Source of the DNA: Lama glama
Lineage: Eukaryota
Length of the DNA: 64,000 nucleotides
Direction of reading: 5' to 3'
Assembly (NCBI GenBank): GCA_028534125.1
Contig: CM052817.1
Coordinates: 68,884,001 to 68,948,000, forward strand
Below are positions 13,850 to 26,880 of the stretch, in pieces. Position 1 is the first letter of the stretch; each line of letters starts with the position of its first letter. Both the position numbers and the translations under genes were made by a program. The notes under the pieces are model-generated. The model did no database searches. It had not been told where the DNA came from and was given only the letters and a program-made list of their open reading frames with translations.

Positions 13850-14110
13850 TGATCAGAGTACATGCTAAATGCTATGACAAACAACCCCTAAACCTAAGGA
13901 AGCCTAACACAGTAAGAGTGTATTTTCTGCTTTTGTGAAAGGTCAGTACAGGTCAGAGAGACAGAGACTGCCCCACGTGGTGACTTGGGGCTGTAGGCTC
14001 CTTCCATACTGTAGCTCTACATCTCTTGTATGAGGCTAGGCGTTTGCTTGATCTCCTCCATCTGCAGTCAAAGAGAAGAGGAGGCATAAAGAAGATACAT
14101 CTGCCTTAAT
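13850..14110. mobile_element. Old MaLR (MLT1-type) LTR fragment
   Basis: 'gctaaatgctatgacaaacaacccctaaacct...aacacagtaagagtgtattttctg' and 'ggctccttccatactgtagctct' resemble old MLT1 LTRs. Confidence 0.5.
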
Positions 14111-17100
14111 TGTGAGAAGAAGTGAAAAAAGAAAGTACAAGAAGTCTAGAAAATGAAGTGTAGATTTGTATGTAGGCAGGGGAAAGTATTGGTGGCATAT
14201 ACAAATCTGTCACAGCTGGCATGTGTCATGGAAAGTAAAGTGTACTGGAAAATCTGAGCTGTTTCCTGCAGGTATGGGATGGGATGGATGGTGCTGGGAC
14301 AATAAATGGAAAATGCTGTGTGTGTTTTATTTCCCTCCAAAACAAAATGCAGTGTAGCAGGCTTTATCTCTGTGTTAATTTGGCCCTGTGGGGCGGCAAC
14401 CATATTTCTGTGGCAATTCTTTCAAATTGTAGCAGGTATTTTCTGATAAGATTCAAATAAATTCCTTCCCACCTTAGTGATCCCTGGTTCAAAGTTGATG
14501 AAGACTGCCATCTGTTTGGTAAACTTATCCTTTCAAATATCCATAAAAGGTACTGACTTAATAAGACCAAGATCTGGAGATGGATGGAAACTACACCCCC
14601 ACCCCCCGTGCATATTATGGGTTGGTTGGCTAGAAGTAAGACATTTTGGTTCAACAGTCTTCTTCTGAATGTATATATGTACAAATTAAGCCTGAGGTCC
14701 AACTGAAGCCCTTCCAGCAAAGAGTTCTTGAGGAGGACAAAGACATTTACTCAGGACTGTAATTTAAAAATAGCAACACTCACTGGCCAGAAACGGCTGG
14801 ATCCAGACCTGCTCTTTAAAAGGATTATGAAGCTGAAATGAGTGGGAATGTTATAATGCATTCTGCTTTCACATAAAAAATACTGACTTTCCCATCTCTA
14901 CGTAGACAGTATCCTCTTCCTGAACCTTACATCTGAAATTGCATAGATTTCTTCTCTCAGCATTTCATGATTTAATATACTTACAGAAGATTCTTAGTAA
15001 TGCTCACCCAGTATCACTGGAGAAGTGTTTTAATTCTTTGCTTTCTGCTTGCTAAAAATCACTGGTGTTCAACCCTAGAAATCAAGAATTTGAATGATTC
15101 ATTTGTAAGGTACTGGGGACATTAGAATCTGTTAAGAGGCACCAAAATGTTCGCTTATTTTAATTGCAGTTCTCAAACACCAAGAGTAAATGTTCTAAAG
15201 TTGTTGCTCTGGGAAAAATCACCTTCAGCACAAACTCTTACACTTTTGAGAGCTAATCTGACGGCTATTTTTCCATCATAAACAAGTGATTTAGCAAGCA
15301 GCTGTGTGTCTTCATGTGGTCACTAGCACATGGATTTTGGTAATTTACTTTTGCTTTTTGGAATATGCATTTACTTTCCTACATGTTGATATGAACCAGT
15401 ATAAAATATTATGTTAAAAACACTTTTTAAAAAATGTATTACTTTTTAGCCATAGCATCCAAAGGGCCATATGTATTATAACTTGATGGGAAATGTTTTC
15501 TCAGTGATACAAAAATATGGAACCAAAGATACTTTTTAAAGTAATTAATAAAAAATATCAGAGCAGATTGAAGGTTATCTCTATAATAGTCATTTTCACT
15601 TCATAGAACTAACTGTACAATATTCAGTTGGTGGGTGAGAAAATGCTGCAGTTAAATTTGGCCCAGGGTAGAGAGCACATAATTTAGATACTGGCAGGTA
15701 CATTTTTTACAGCTATGTAGACGTTTTGCCTTTTTAAGTAAGTGACAGTCATTGATCAAATAGTTGTTACAACTTGGGATATAAAATTTAGTGGTGATAA
15801 TTGTGTTCATGGTTTTTTTAACTTTACATCTCCACAACTTTTTTTCACTTTTATTGGCGTATGTAAGTGACTCATGTGAATATTTTTTATAATGTGTGTC
15901 ATTTCAGAAAACAGATCTGGACCTGCTGTTGTAAAATATATGTTACATGTCTGGGAGTATGACTTCCAGAACTGGAGTTGGACTTTTAATGAGCAACACT
16001 CACTGTGCTTTCTTGATTTACAATTCAATTATATTTCTCAATTAAAAATCCACTTTATTTTCTTTATCCTTTTTTTGTTGTTGATGGTTGTAAACAAAGA
16101 GGTTTAAATTTGTATGGAAACTGAAACAGAAGAAGTATAAAAGACATTTTTGCCAAAGCCCTTATTTTTGAAACATGTTAAAATTCTTTCCTTTTTTTAA
16201 AAAATTCTTAGAGGCCTACCTCTACATACATTTCTTTTTTTAAAAACTATATTTAACTGAATAAATGGAAAACATTTGTATTTAAAGTAAAAATGCAAAA
16301 GTTCAAAGCAAAAGACAATGAAAGTATTTACTATTTCAAAAGTTCCTTGTATCTAACCTATTTTAAGTCCCAATTTCAGTATTTTAAAATATAAAATTTA
16401 TAAAGGCAAATTTTTCCAATAAGGTTAAAAATGTTATCATTTATGGAAGCTTATTTAGAAAAGCCAGAAACAAAAAAAAATTTAAATGTATTTTTTAAAA
16501 ATGTGATTTTGAAATAGTGTCTTTGCTCATTTTGGGTCAATTCCTCTAACATTAATAATTTAGTTACAAAAGTAAACAGATTTTTGTTTCTGGGATTTTT
16601 GTATTTGTTTCAACAATCCTCTCAAATTACCATAATTTCATACCCTTTGTGAAATGCATCTATGTTGATTATAAAATAGAAAACTGCTTAATTGCTGGGT
16701 TGCTGCATAGCAAATAGGTAAGTAATGCCCCCCATCCCATCTCCTACATGGATTTAAGGCTCCAGCTCCACATGGCATGAGGAATCATACAACATTTACA
16801 TGCAATTAAATACACCTACGTGAATAATATTTGGATGAGAATGTTTCTGTTATTTTCAGCCATGATAAAGCAAAGTCACTAAGATACCCAGAGGGGGGAT
16901 ATGTGCCAAGGAACACTGGGTTATGAAAACTCTGTATACGTTCATAGCAACCATTCTGGTTCCTACTATTGTTGCTCAGGACAATAAAGACTTGGCCGCC
17001 AGAGCCCATTTTCTAAATGGGAAAATGGAACTTTGATTTACACAGTGTAGCTTACTTGGTTTCACATGTTGTCTCTTGGTGTGCCTCCTGACACTCTTCT

Positions 17101-18643
17101 GGCAGAGTTAACATTTCATTCCAGTTTTTCAAGCTTTCTTCATGAGGCAGATACCCTTGTAAAATCTGTGTGACTCACATTTCCTATTGTGAAAAGCACT
17201 CATCATCAAATCCTGTGAAGTGTTCATCCAAACACTTCCAATTTTACAGCCACCATCTAAAGGCCCAGAAGTGCAAGTTAATGCAATGCAGTGATTTTAT
17301 TGGCCTCTCAACAGGCCTGAGGATGAAGTAACTGTTTCGTGTTATCTGGAGGATGGAAATGAACGGCCTGTTGTCTCCGTGCTGCTGATTGAACTTAAAG
17401 TCCTTACAGCCATCCAGAAAGGCATTCTATCATCTCTTGAGACTACATCAATATTTAAAAAGCAGGCATGCCTAAGTGAATCACTGTATTATCTAAAACT
17501 GCAAGAAAAAGTAATTGTGTTCCTTTGGCCTGTATACTTGAGCTATTTCCTTATTCTTTTACTGAATCATTCATAATTATAAGGGGTCATACTCTAGGTC
17601 TTCCTTAAATAGCATGTGTCATTTTCAAATGATTCACAGGTGTCTGCCTGCCTTGTGTGTTAGAATGTAAGACTGAATAGGCTTAAATTGAAACAGGCTA
17701 TGTAGATAGTAAGAGCTTCTTGGGATAGGTACTGTGAGATACTAGAAGTGATCTTGAGATACATGGAATTTCTTATTTTTGGTAAAAGATGAGGGTAATA
17801 TTGGTGGCGGTGCTAAGGAATCGATGTCGAGGAGAGGCAGTTGTCCAGATAAGGTAGTTGAGGTACCAGTTTTGCGTGGAACTAAAGAAATAGTGTTTTG
17901 ACCTAGTTCTTTACTAGTCCTCCACCTTTGGTGATAAGTCTTGCAAATGAGATTCAGATTTGATGAACTACCTCTTCCCTGGAATTTCACCTCCTTAGAG
18001 AACTGGACAGTATCATATATCCCCAAAGAGCTGTTTTTTCCTTGGTTCTCTGGTAAGCTCTCACCCAGTTTGAGTTAGGCCAGATGGATTCTTCGCTTAA
18101 CCAGAGTTTTCTGAACACTAACTGAATCAGATGCTTGCTATAATTCAGTGCTATGGAATATTCAAATTATATGCCACAGAATCGAGAACAGGGCGATCGT
18201 CTTGCCTCAGCAATATCATTTCTGCAGTGCCAAAATATAGAACTTACAAAAACAGAGGCAACTGCTGATTCTGAGTATTTTTCTATATTTTAAAAATATT
18301 AAATTTTGGCCTTGGGTGTGCCTCTTGAAGTGCCACTGAAATAAAATAAAGGCATATGTCTTTGCCAAGCAGGGTTTGGCATTTTTCTTCTGAAAACATT
18401 CAAAAGCACTTGGTTCTAATTGTATATATTCTGTTACATGCATATTTTTCCTTTATGCTCTATAAAAGAAGTCTAAAACTCTTGAATCATTTAATCAGAT
18501 AGTTCAAAAGCATTTCTCAGCAGTCACCATGTGAATAATACTTGGATGTGCATAGGGAACTGTAGACACTGTGCCCGCTTTCCAAAGCCTTGTAATTTAA
18601 GGGAGGAGATAAAAAACAAAAAGGAGGAGAGTTATCACCCATC

Positions 18644-18686
18644 ATCTATCTGTCTGTCTGTCTATCTATCTATCTATGTATCTATA
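18644..18686. repeat. Compound (TCTA)/(TCTG) microsatellite
   Basis: atctatctgtctgtctgtctatctatctatctatgtatctata read directly. Confidence 0.9.
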
Positions 18687-20749
18687 GAACAAAAAAATAT
18701 GGGTCGGATGGAGGGAGAGATGGAGGGAGAGTAGAAAGGAGGACAGTGAAAGAGAGACCTACAGTACAGCAATGTCACAAATATGTGGAGGGTTTAAAGA
18801 TGGCGTTGGGAGGCGGGAGCTTGGTGAGGATGCATTTGAATCTGTGTTGATTATAGATTCATAACTAGCTTTTGGACATGCTAGGGATCCTATGCTTGAT
18901 TTCATAAGAATTTCTGCTTCCTGCAATTCCTTTGTGGATCCACAGATGATCCTGCTGAAAATGAGGTGCTTTTAGCACTTACAATGCACTCTCTTTCTGA
19001 AACAGGATCTTGAGCCTATTTTGAGCTTCCTCCCTGGAGCTGCCACCCCACTTTGTCATATGTTGTCATCTACTGACTCCCTAGTGAATGATTTATTTTG
19101 AAGTTTTTATTTTAATTTTCCCCTCTCACCTTAGCTTTAGATTGATAGTCTTCCTCTCTTGACATCTGTTTTGCCTCACTAAGAAGAGTGTCCAAATATA
19201 ACAGGTTACAGTGTTCCTTTGTAAAACAGCAGCGTGTAGATGTGTGACTATAATTCAGGAAGCTTGTTGGACAGTGCTAGGAACTTGCTGGGGGAAAATG
19301 CAGTACATCAAGGACCCTGAAAAGCAGACAAATGCATGGTATGGCAGAAAAAGAAAATCCAGTATGTTTACCTCTCATTTCTCATTTCCCAGAAAACACC
19401 CCCCTCCACCCCTCAGTTGTCTGACCCTCCCAACAGTGTGGAGAAGTTTCCTGAGTCCTCATTCTGTGTAAAGGGAGAAGCATCTCATGCAAACCATGAC
19501 GGGCACATCCAGCAGAGATCAAAGTGCTTTCCCAGACATTTCATTAGTGACTCCTCTCTTGGCCAACAAAGCTACTCTTTAGCTAGCACTGTCTCGCTTT
19601 TTTTGGTGGTTGAGATTTACTTTTTTCTTTTTAATGTGACAGAGAAAAGTTTCATCACATTTTATGTGGAATAGTTTAATAGCTCTATTTATTTGTTTTT
19701 AACTGTGGAGTTAATGTTGGTTATGAGTTATAGCAGGCATGTACCAAAAAAGGTACTATCAAAATACTTGTAAGAAGCTTGGGCCCTTGAGTGATAGGCC
19801 ATTTGAAGCATATGTTAGGAATATGCCAGCCCCACTGGTAAGAGTTGGGAATCATGAAAGAAACATTTAGGTAGTCTGGCCAAATATTTCTTTGGTAATC
19901 ATTTTTTAGAACTAAATTCCTTGTAGGGGAATATTGAGAAGTTTCAGATAATGTTGGCATAATTAAAAACTAGGTATCATATAAAGCAACTTCTTGTATT
20001 GAAAGATGAGCCAGCATTTACATATGTCCACATATTTATATTACTCAAATATTTAAATTTTTTTCTTGATTATGAAGAGTAAGGTTGTATATAATTTTGG
20101 TAATCATGGCCTTAACATTCTTGGTTTTAATTATTTGTGAGGCTCCCAAAAGTTATGGTGTATAGTCATCAGTGATTTTGCTGAGGTCTTCATTGAATTG
20201 TATGCTTAGAGAGGCTTCATCTGTAGGACAAAGACATTTGACTAGTGGATGAATCTAGCTGACCACCTAACTTCATTGCTTATGGTATTGTATTTTCTCT
20301 ATTCATCATTCTATATGAAATAGCCAAAGTGAACTGAAGTGAGAACAGTGTCATAGGTTTGTGGTGTAATTTTGAGTGTGTGTATGTGTATGTGTGTGTA
20401 TAACCAGTCTCTGTGTATAAAACTGGCCTTGTAAACAAAGCCAATTACTAGTCCTCACAGTAGACAAGAAGAAAAGGGGTTAAGAAGGTCTAAGAAGGTG
20501 TTTCTTCTTAACCAGAAAATAGAAATATTGTATAAATTAAAAAATGGAATGTTAAATTTGGTAGTAGCCCTAGGCTATGCTATAAACAGTGAAACACACT
20601 CTATTTTATGGAAAAAATGATATGGTCATATTATATTTGTGAATTTAAAGAATTTTGAAAGCCTCAAAATGTATCCCTTTAATTTTTAGTTGAGTATAAA
20701 TTTAAATTGATCATTTAAAAAGACAGCCCAACTCTTCTGATTTTCAAGT

Positions 20750-21685
20750 TTATATATGTCGGATATTAATTCCTATAGGTCATATCATTTACAAAATATT
20801 TTCTCCCATTCAATAGATTGTCTTTTCATTTTGTCAATGGTTTCCTTTGCTGTGCGAAAGCTTTTAAATTTAATTAAGTCCCATTTACTTATCTTTGCTT
20901 TTATTTCCTTTACTTTAGGAGATGCATCCAAAAAACTATTGCTTCAATTTATGTCAATAATGCCTATGTTTTCCTCTAGGAATTTCATAGTATCCAGTCT
21001 TACATTTAGGTCTTTAATCCATATTGAGTTTATTTTTGTATATGATGTTATGTTGTATATGGTGTAATGTTCTAATTTCATTCTTTTACATGTAGCTGTC
21101 CAGTTTTGCCTGCACCACTTACTGAAGAGACTGCCTTTCTCCATTGTATATTCTTGCCTCCTATGTCTTAGATTAATTGCTCATAAGTGCATGGGTTTAC
21201 TTCTGGGCTTTCTATCCTTTTCCATTGATTTATGTGTCTATTTTTGTGCCAGTACTATTCCATTTTGATTACTGTAGCTTTATAGTGTAGTCTAAAGTTA
21301 GGGATCATGATTTCTCAACTCTGCTCTTCTTTCTCATGATTGTTTTGACTATTCAGAGTCTTTTGTGTTTCCATACAAATTTTAAAATTACTTGTTCTAG
21401 TTCTGTGAAGAGTTTCTTTTGACAGGGATTTTGATACAGATTGCACTGACTCTGTGGATTGTGTTGGGTAGTATGGTCACTTTAACAATATAGATTCTTC
21501 CAATCCAAGAACATGGTACATCTTTCCATCTGTTTGTGTCATCTTCACTTTCTTTCATCAGTGTCTTATAGTTTTTGGCATATAGGACTTTTGCCTTATT
21601 CATAGGTATTTTATTCTTTTTGATACAGTGATAAATGGGGTTGTTTCCTTAATTTCTCTTTCTGATACTTCATTGTTTGTATATG
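20750..21685 (-). mobile_element. L1 ORF2 internal fragment (degenerate)
   Basis: Minus-strand ORFs 21397-21603 (NYKTLMKE..DTNRWKDVPCSWIGRIYIVKVTILP) and 20944-21144 ([38 protein letters not shown]) are typical L1 ORF2p motifs downstream of the RT domain. Confidence 0.95.
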
Positions 21686-22234
21686 TTAGTACATACTTCT
21701 GTTTTATAAGAATACTAATTTAATACAAATTAGTTTCTATTCACTAGTATATAATATTTATAAATCCTGGGACATGGCTGTACTTTTATTTGATTCACTG
21801 CTATATCCACTCCCATAACAATATTTAAGTTCTGAGATTTAAAGGATTCCTCCAAAGCACATTGGTAAGACTGGTGATAATCAGTCTACTTCATATGTGC
21901 GTTGGCTGAGAGAATTCTATTCCATCACAGAGAGCCAAAATAGACAAAAAGATATTTTGTCCTTGTGAGATTTCATAAGGTTATTAAAGGCAAACTTCTA
22001 ACTCAAAACTTTAATCATTCTTCAGAGATTTAGACTTTTAAACAGAAATTTATGCATCACAAACACTATTGCATCTAAATTAATTTTTGCTGTCTGTATT
22101 CTATATCTGAGATATATCTATTGACTCTTTAATATAGGATATTTCCTAAATGACACAGTAAGAAAACTTTATGTAACATTTACAATGAGATCCTATAGAC
22201 AAAGCCTGTTATGTTATAGAGAAATGAACTTTGG

Positions 22235-22401
22235 TGAGGGAGGGTATAGCTCAGTGGTAGAGTGTATGCTTACCATGCATGAGGTCCTGGGTTCTCCCCA
22301 GTACCTCCTCTAAAAATAAACAAACCTAATTACCTACCCCTCACCAAAATAAAATAAATACTATAATAATAAATAAATAAATAAAATGTTTTTAAAAAAA
22401 T
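22235..22401 (+). mobile_element. Vic-1-type tRNA-derived SINE (camelid), inserted in a MIR
   Basis: Head 'gggagggtatagctcagtggtagagtgtatgcttaccatgcatgaggtcctgggttc' with A-box and degenerate B-box, A-rich tail, and a 13-bp TSD aaatgaactttgg at 22222-22234 and 22402-22414. Confidence 0.9.
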
Positions 22402-22902
22402 AAATGAACTTTGGACTTTGAATTAGAAAACTTGAGTCCAGTCTCAATTCTGACATTTACCAACTGTATGATTGAGAAATTCATTTAATTTTTGTAAGCC
22501 TCTTACCTGTGTGATATCAACACCAGAGTAAATGACAGATTCAAAATTTTGTTATACAGTATGAAGTATCCAGCAAACTGGAATGTCTCTTGACTAAACA
22601 AAATTTAGTTTATAATGGTCCCAGAAAATACCCTTGCAAGTGATACTGTATCCCCACAATAAGAAAAATGAGAAGAGCATTTTGTAATATAAAGTCGTTT
22701 GTAGCAATGTAAGATGAGTGGACTGCAGAAAATGTGTGTTCCTTATCAACTACAGGTTGGTTCATGTATTTCAAAACCTCATTCAGGCAGGTACTTGTCA
22801 TTCAGGCTCATAAGTATTATTCCATTCAAATATATTTGGGCAACATAGTTCAGATTACCATGCATTTACGACTCATAAATGGCCAGAAATGAAATCTAAG
22901 GG

Positions 22903-23020
22903 TTTTTTTTAATATATCATATTTTATTGAAGTATAGTCAGTTTACAGTGATGTGTCAATTTCTGGTATACAGCACAATGCTTCAGTCATATAGGAACAT
23001 AAATATATTTGTTTTCATTT
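22903..23020 (-). mobile_element. Short 5'-truncated L1 3' end
   Basis: T-tract then 'ttttattgaagtatagtcagtttacagtgatgtgtcaatttctggtatacagc', a cetartiodactyl-type L1 3' terminus in antisense. Confidence 0.8.
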
Positions 23021-25149
23021 AGTTGTTTTAAGTAACTATATATTGTGTCATTTGGAGTTCTTTAGCTAAGTAAAAAATAATAAATAAAAAATTATGGGAA
23101 ACATATGGGGTGGTCCCTCAAATCTAGGGAAGAGGAACAGCTAGGCCTTGGGACAAATAGAATGATCTAGGAATTTTTAATTCAATGTGGATGTCATGAT
23201 GGATGGCCCAGTATTATAGCCTGATGTCATGAGACATTTTGTGCTGACTACAAAAGCACTATGAACACAATCACTAGAGTTGCTCCCATATTCCTGAATA
23301 AGTAAACTATACTTCTTGCTTTTCCTTATGATTTGACATTGTTCAGGTTTGTCCACAGCCAACTGTCAATGATGCAATTATCAAGAATCAAATGCTAATC
23401 TCTTTTTAAAATATTTTCCATTAATCACCTTCATTTTGGAATGTCTGCTGTCCATAGAATTTTTAATTCCTTTTAGAGATATTGTGTTTTAAGATTTTAT
23501 ATTTGATTCTGCATTTTATGATACGGAAATGGATCAAGGAATGAACAAAACACAAACTCACAAAACAATCATGAACTCACCAAAATCTCATGAGGTCCCA
23601 TATCATTTGAAACAAGAAGATAATTAAGGAAACAGCAATGAGAAGCCACAGCTTCTGATGTCATCACCATGTGCTTTTAGGTCATTCTTTGAACAATTCG
23701 TCAAATTTGCAAGTAATTCTTGAGTAAAAGTCTTAAGCATTTCTCTATGCAAATTAATTCAACCATTTTTTTAAACTGAAGGGTTTCAAAGCATAATTCT
23801 ATATCTTTGTATAGCAAAATGAGAGTATTTCTTCTTAGAATATACTTAACATCTGAATCTATGTTCTTTTCTTACAACAAACATAAATGCCAACATAGTT
23901 CTTGAGCAAACTGACAGAAAATGCTCTTGAGACACACTGGACTGACTACCTGAGAACAATGTGATGCATAGGATATAATTATACACAGTTACACAAAGAA
24001 ATCTTAGCTATTATGTCATGTATCAATGTAAACAAGAATGAACCTGGTTGAGGTAACATTTAGTAAGTGTTAGTACTTACCTGAGCTACCTTCTCTGAGC
24101 ATAAGCATTGTGACAACCATTGGGAGTTGAGGTGTACCTGTGTATGATGTGACAATATCTGAAGGGTTTTTTTTTTAACTCATGATCTCATAAAAGAAAT
24201 GAATTAATTGGAAACAAACAAACCTACATTAAAGATTTAGATCTACCCTGTTTGCTATACTGCTCACGTTAGATTGACTATTTTAAAAATTATTGACAAA
24301 TATTTTATGTGTTCCTGGTATTAATTCAAAGCATTTACTCTAGAAACTAGCAATGGTTTTTAATCTCACAGAGATTTAAAATCCTTGGTCAAATGAGATG
24401 AAGGAATATGTCTTTGCTTAGTTCTCAAATAATTCAGTGATCCCTCTTTCTTCTGGCTCTCCAAAATCAATGCCAATTAGCCCTAGAATAACTTCTACCC
24501 TGTATAGAAAATATAAATCCAAGTCCACAAACTCAGGTACAGTTAGCCTATCTTTATTTTTTCTACAACTAAATTGTAACAAGTCTCTATTGAACTACAT
24601 GATGAAATTAATCTTTGCTTGAGTCTTTTAACATTATCCTGAAATTTTATCTGGGTTCTCCAGTGAGAGTGAAGTGGGGAGCTGGGGCTTTGTGTGGTAA
24701 ATGGGGTGAGGTAAATGGCATGTCTTGTCTGAGTCATCATCACTGATTTATTCTGCCTCTTGCTCAAATATTCTCTTTTCAGAATGGGTGGAGCTGTCTT
24801 CCCGTAGACCATTGCCATATTTCCCTTTTTAACATCACCATGGCTTGAGATTGTCAATCTTCTGTGTCATTTCAATGTTGTCCTTGGATGTAGGGAATAT
24901 ATTCAACTGTTCCAACAGCACATTTGGGTGCGGGCAACTCTGTGGCACTTTCTCAGGCTTCTCTTCCCAGACAGTGCAAACTACTACTCTACCACGCTGT
25001 CATACTGGGAACAGGGAATCCTGGAGACTGGCTGCCTCCCCAGATCCTATTCAGAAGTGGAAGGCAGAAACTCCCTTGAAATTTTCACAGTAAAATGTAC
25101 TTCTTGGTATTCTTCAACTCAGCAAATGTCACTGGCAATTACACAGTTG

Positions 25150-25865
25150 ATCAGATCAGAAACTTAGATTTATCCTTGATTCTTCTTTTCTTTCCCCTCA
25201 CCCCCATCCAGTCTATTGCAAAATTTTCTCAGCTCTACCTTAAACTATATTCCTAAGCCATTTCTTCTCAACACTCCATTGTTACCATCTTAATTCACAC
25301 CGGCATGTGGTCTTACCTGCTTACAGTAGTTACTCCTTCACTGGCTTCTGTTAATTCCCTACTTCTACAATTACTGCCCTCCTCCCACCTCCAGAGTAAC
25401 CTGCTGAAAACGTAAATCAAATTACACAACTCTTCTGCTCAAAACTCTCCAGTGACTTGTTGTAATGTGGAGAATAATATCCACCTTTTGTACCAAGGTC
25501 TACAAGGCCCTGGTGTCACTCTGTTTCTTCAAGTCTGGGCTTGTCAATTCTTGAATATGTTGAGCTCATTCTTTCCCTGAGTCTTTACAATTTCTAATTT
25601 CCTGCTCTCCCCCATATTATTCTTTTGAATCCTTAAGATATCTTTGATGCCACCTCCTCAAGGAAGCCTTCATCTTATTCCTTTACCTGACCTATTTTTC
25701 TTTACAACATTTATTACAACCCCAAATTAATTATTTGTTTATGATCTTGTCTGTCTTCACCACTGGCCTGTACTTTATCTTCCCAACTGCAATCCATAGC
25801 ATATAATATATTGCCTGGTACATAGTAGGCCATTAATAAATACTTTTCCAGTGGATGAATGCACT
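25150..25865 (+). mobile_element. L2 3' region
   Basis: Pyrimidine-rich L2 body ending 'cctggtacatagtaggccattaataaatacttttccagtggatgaatg'. Confidence 0.8.
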
Positions 25866-26349
25866 TGATATTGGAAACAGAGTGAGAATAGTCCAGTGCT
25901 TTATTTTCACTATATTTATTTTGGAGATTAAATCTGAGCTCAAGGAGGCTTCTCTCATTTGATAGAAGATACAGAGATACTTCTTATGACTGACTATAAA
26001 ATTTCACCTCTGGCTTCAGCAGAATGTGATTTTTACTATTTAACCATGTCATGCCCACTATTATATAACATCCAAGAGTCAAGAAGATGTGCATCATCCT
26101 AAATCCAAAATCCACAAACCAGAATGCTATTTTAAGTAGCAGAAAATAATGAAATCATGGCCTGGAAATCCTTCTGTAAACCATAGTAACTGAAATGTTC
26201 ACGAACCTTGCCGACTGTGTGCAGCAATACTGGCATAGGGCATTAAGAGTTTCTGGAAAATGTGAATAGTGTACATTAGTCATTTATCATTAAGCCATGG
26301 AGGCTTTGTATTACTGTCAGCTTTGTTTTTGTTAATAGTGTTTGACATT

Positions 26350-26880
26350 TATATACCCCAGGGCTCTTTCAGTTCTAAGTGACTGGAACTCAATTTAAAC
26401 TAGCTCAGGCAAAGACAGTATTTATTGGCTGATGAAACGCAAATTGAGACTGGAATCTGGACTCAAATATTATTTTTATGGATTGAGCGCTCTCTGTCTC
26501 TTGGTTCTGCTTCTCACTACTTCTACATATGTGTTGGCCTCTATCTTCTACATGGATAGGCTCTCATCATATAGCAGAAAAGTAATCTCGGGTCTATATC
26601 ATTAGAACTTGTGATCTAAATAGGAAGCATCTTCTGCAGCAGATATAGCGAAAGTATCCCTGAGAGGATTCTGATTGGTCAAACTTAGTCCTAGATCTAT
26701 ACTAACCTTGTGTTGGGGAGATATTATATTATGATTGGATCAAATTTGATCCCTCTTTTTGGCACAGAGAAGGAGGAGTGAGGCACATGATTGGCAGTTC
26801 CTCTAGAAGCATATGGAGTCAGGAAGATGTTTCTCAGAAACCAAAAATGGGAATGGGAAATCAAGTTGAGTTGGTAAAAC
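26350..26880. mobile_element. Old MaLR (MLT1-type) LTR
   Basis: 'cagggctctttcagttctaagtgactggaactcaatttaaactagctcaggcaaa...tttattggct' and 'gattctgattggtc' motifs. Confidence 0.55.

Noticed and set aside
15895..16107. Plus-strand acceptor (tcatttcag, ending 15907) followed by short open frames
   Set aside because: No recognisable protein and no supporting upstream exon.
22238..22310. tRNA-like sequence (tagctcagtggtagag...ggttc)
   Set aside because: SINE head with an A-rich tail and TSD; the T-arm is damaged, so it is not a tRNA gene.
24074..24083. Consensus minus-strand donor CAG|GTAAGT
   Set aside because: No good acceptor or coding frame nearby; a single 9-mer match is not unusual in 64 kb.
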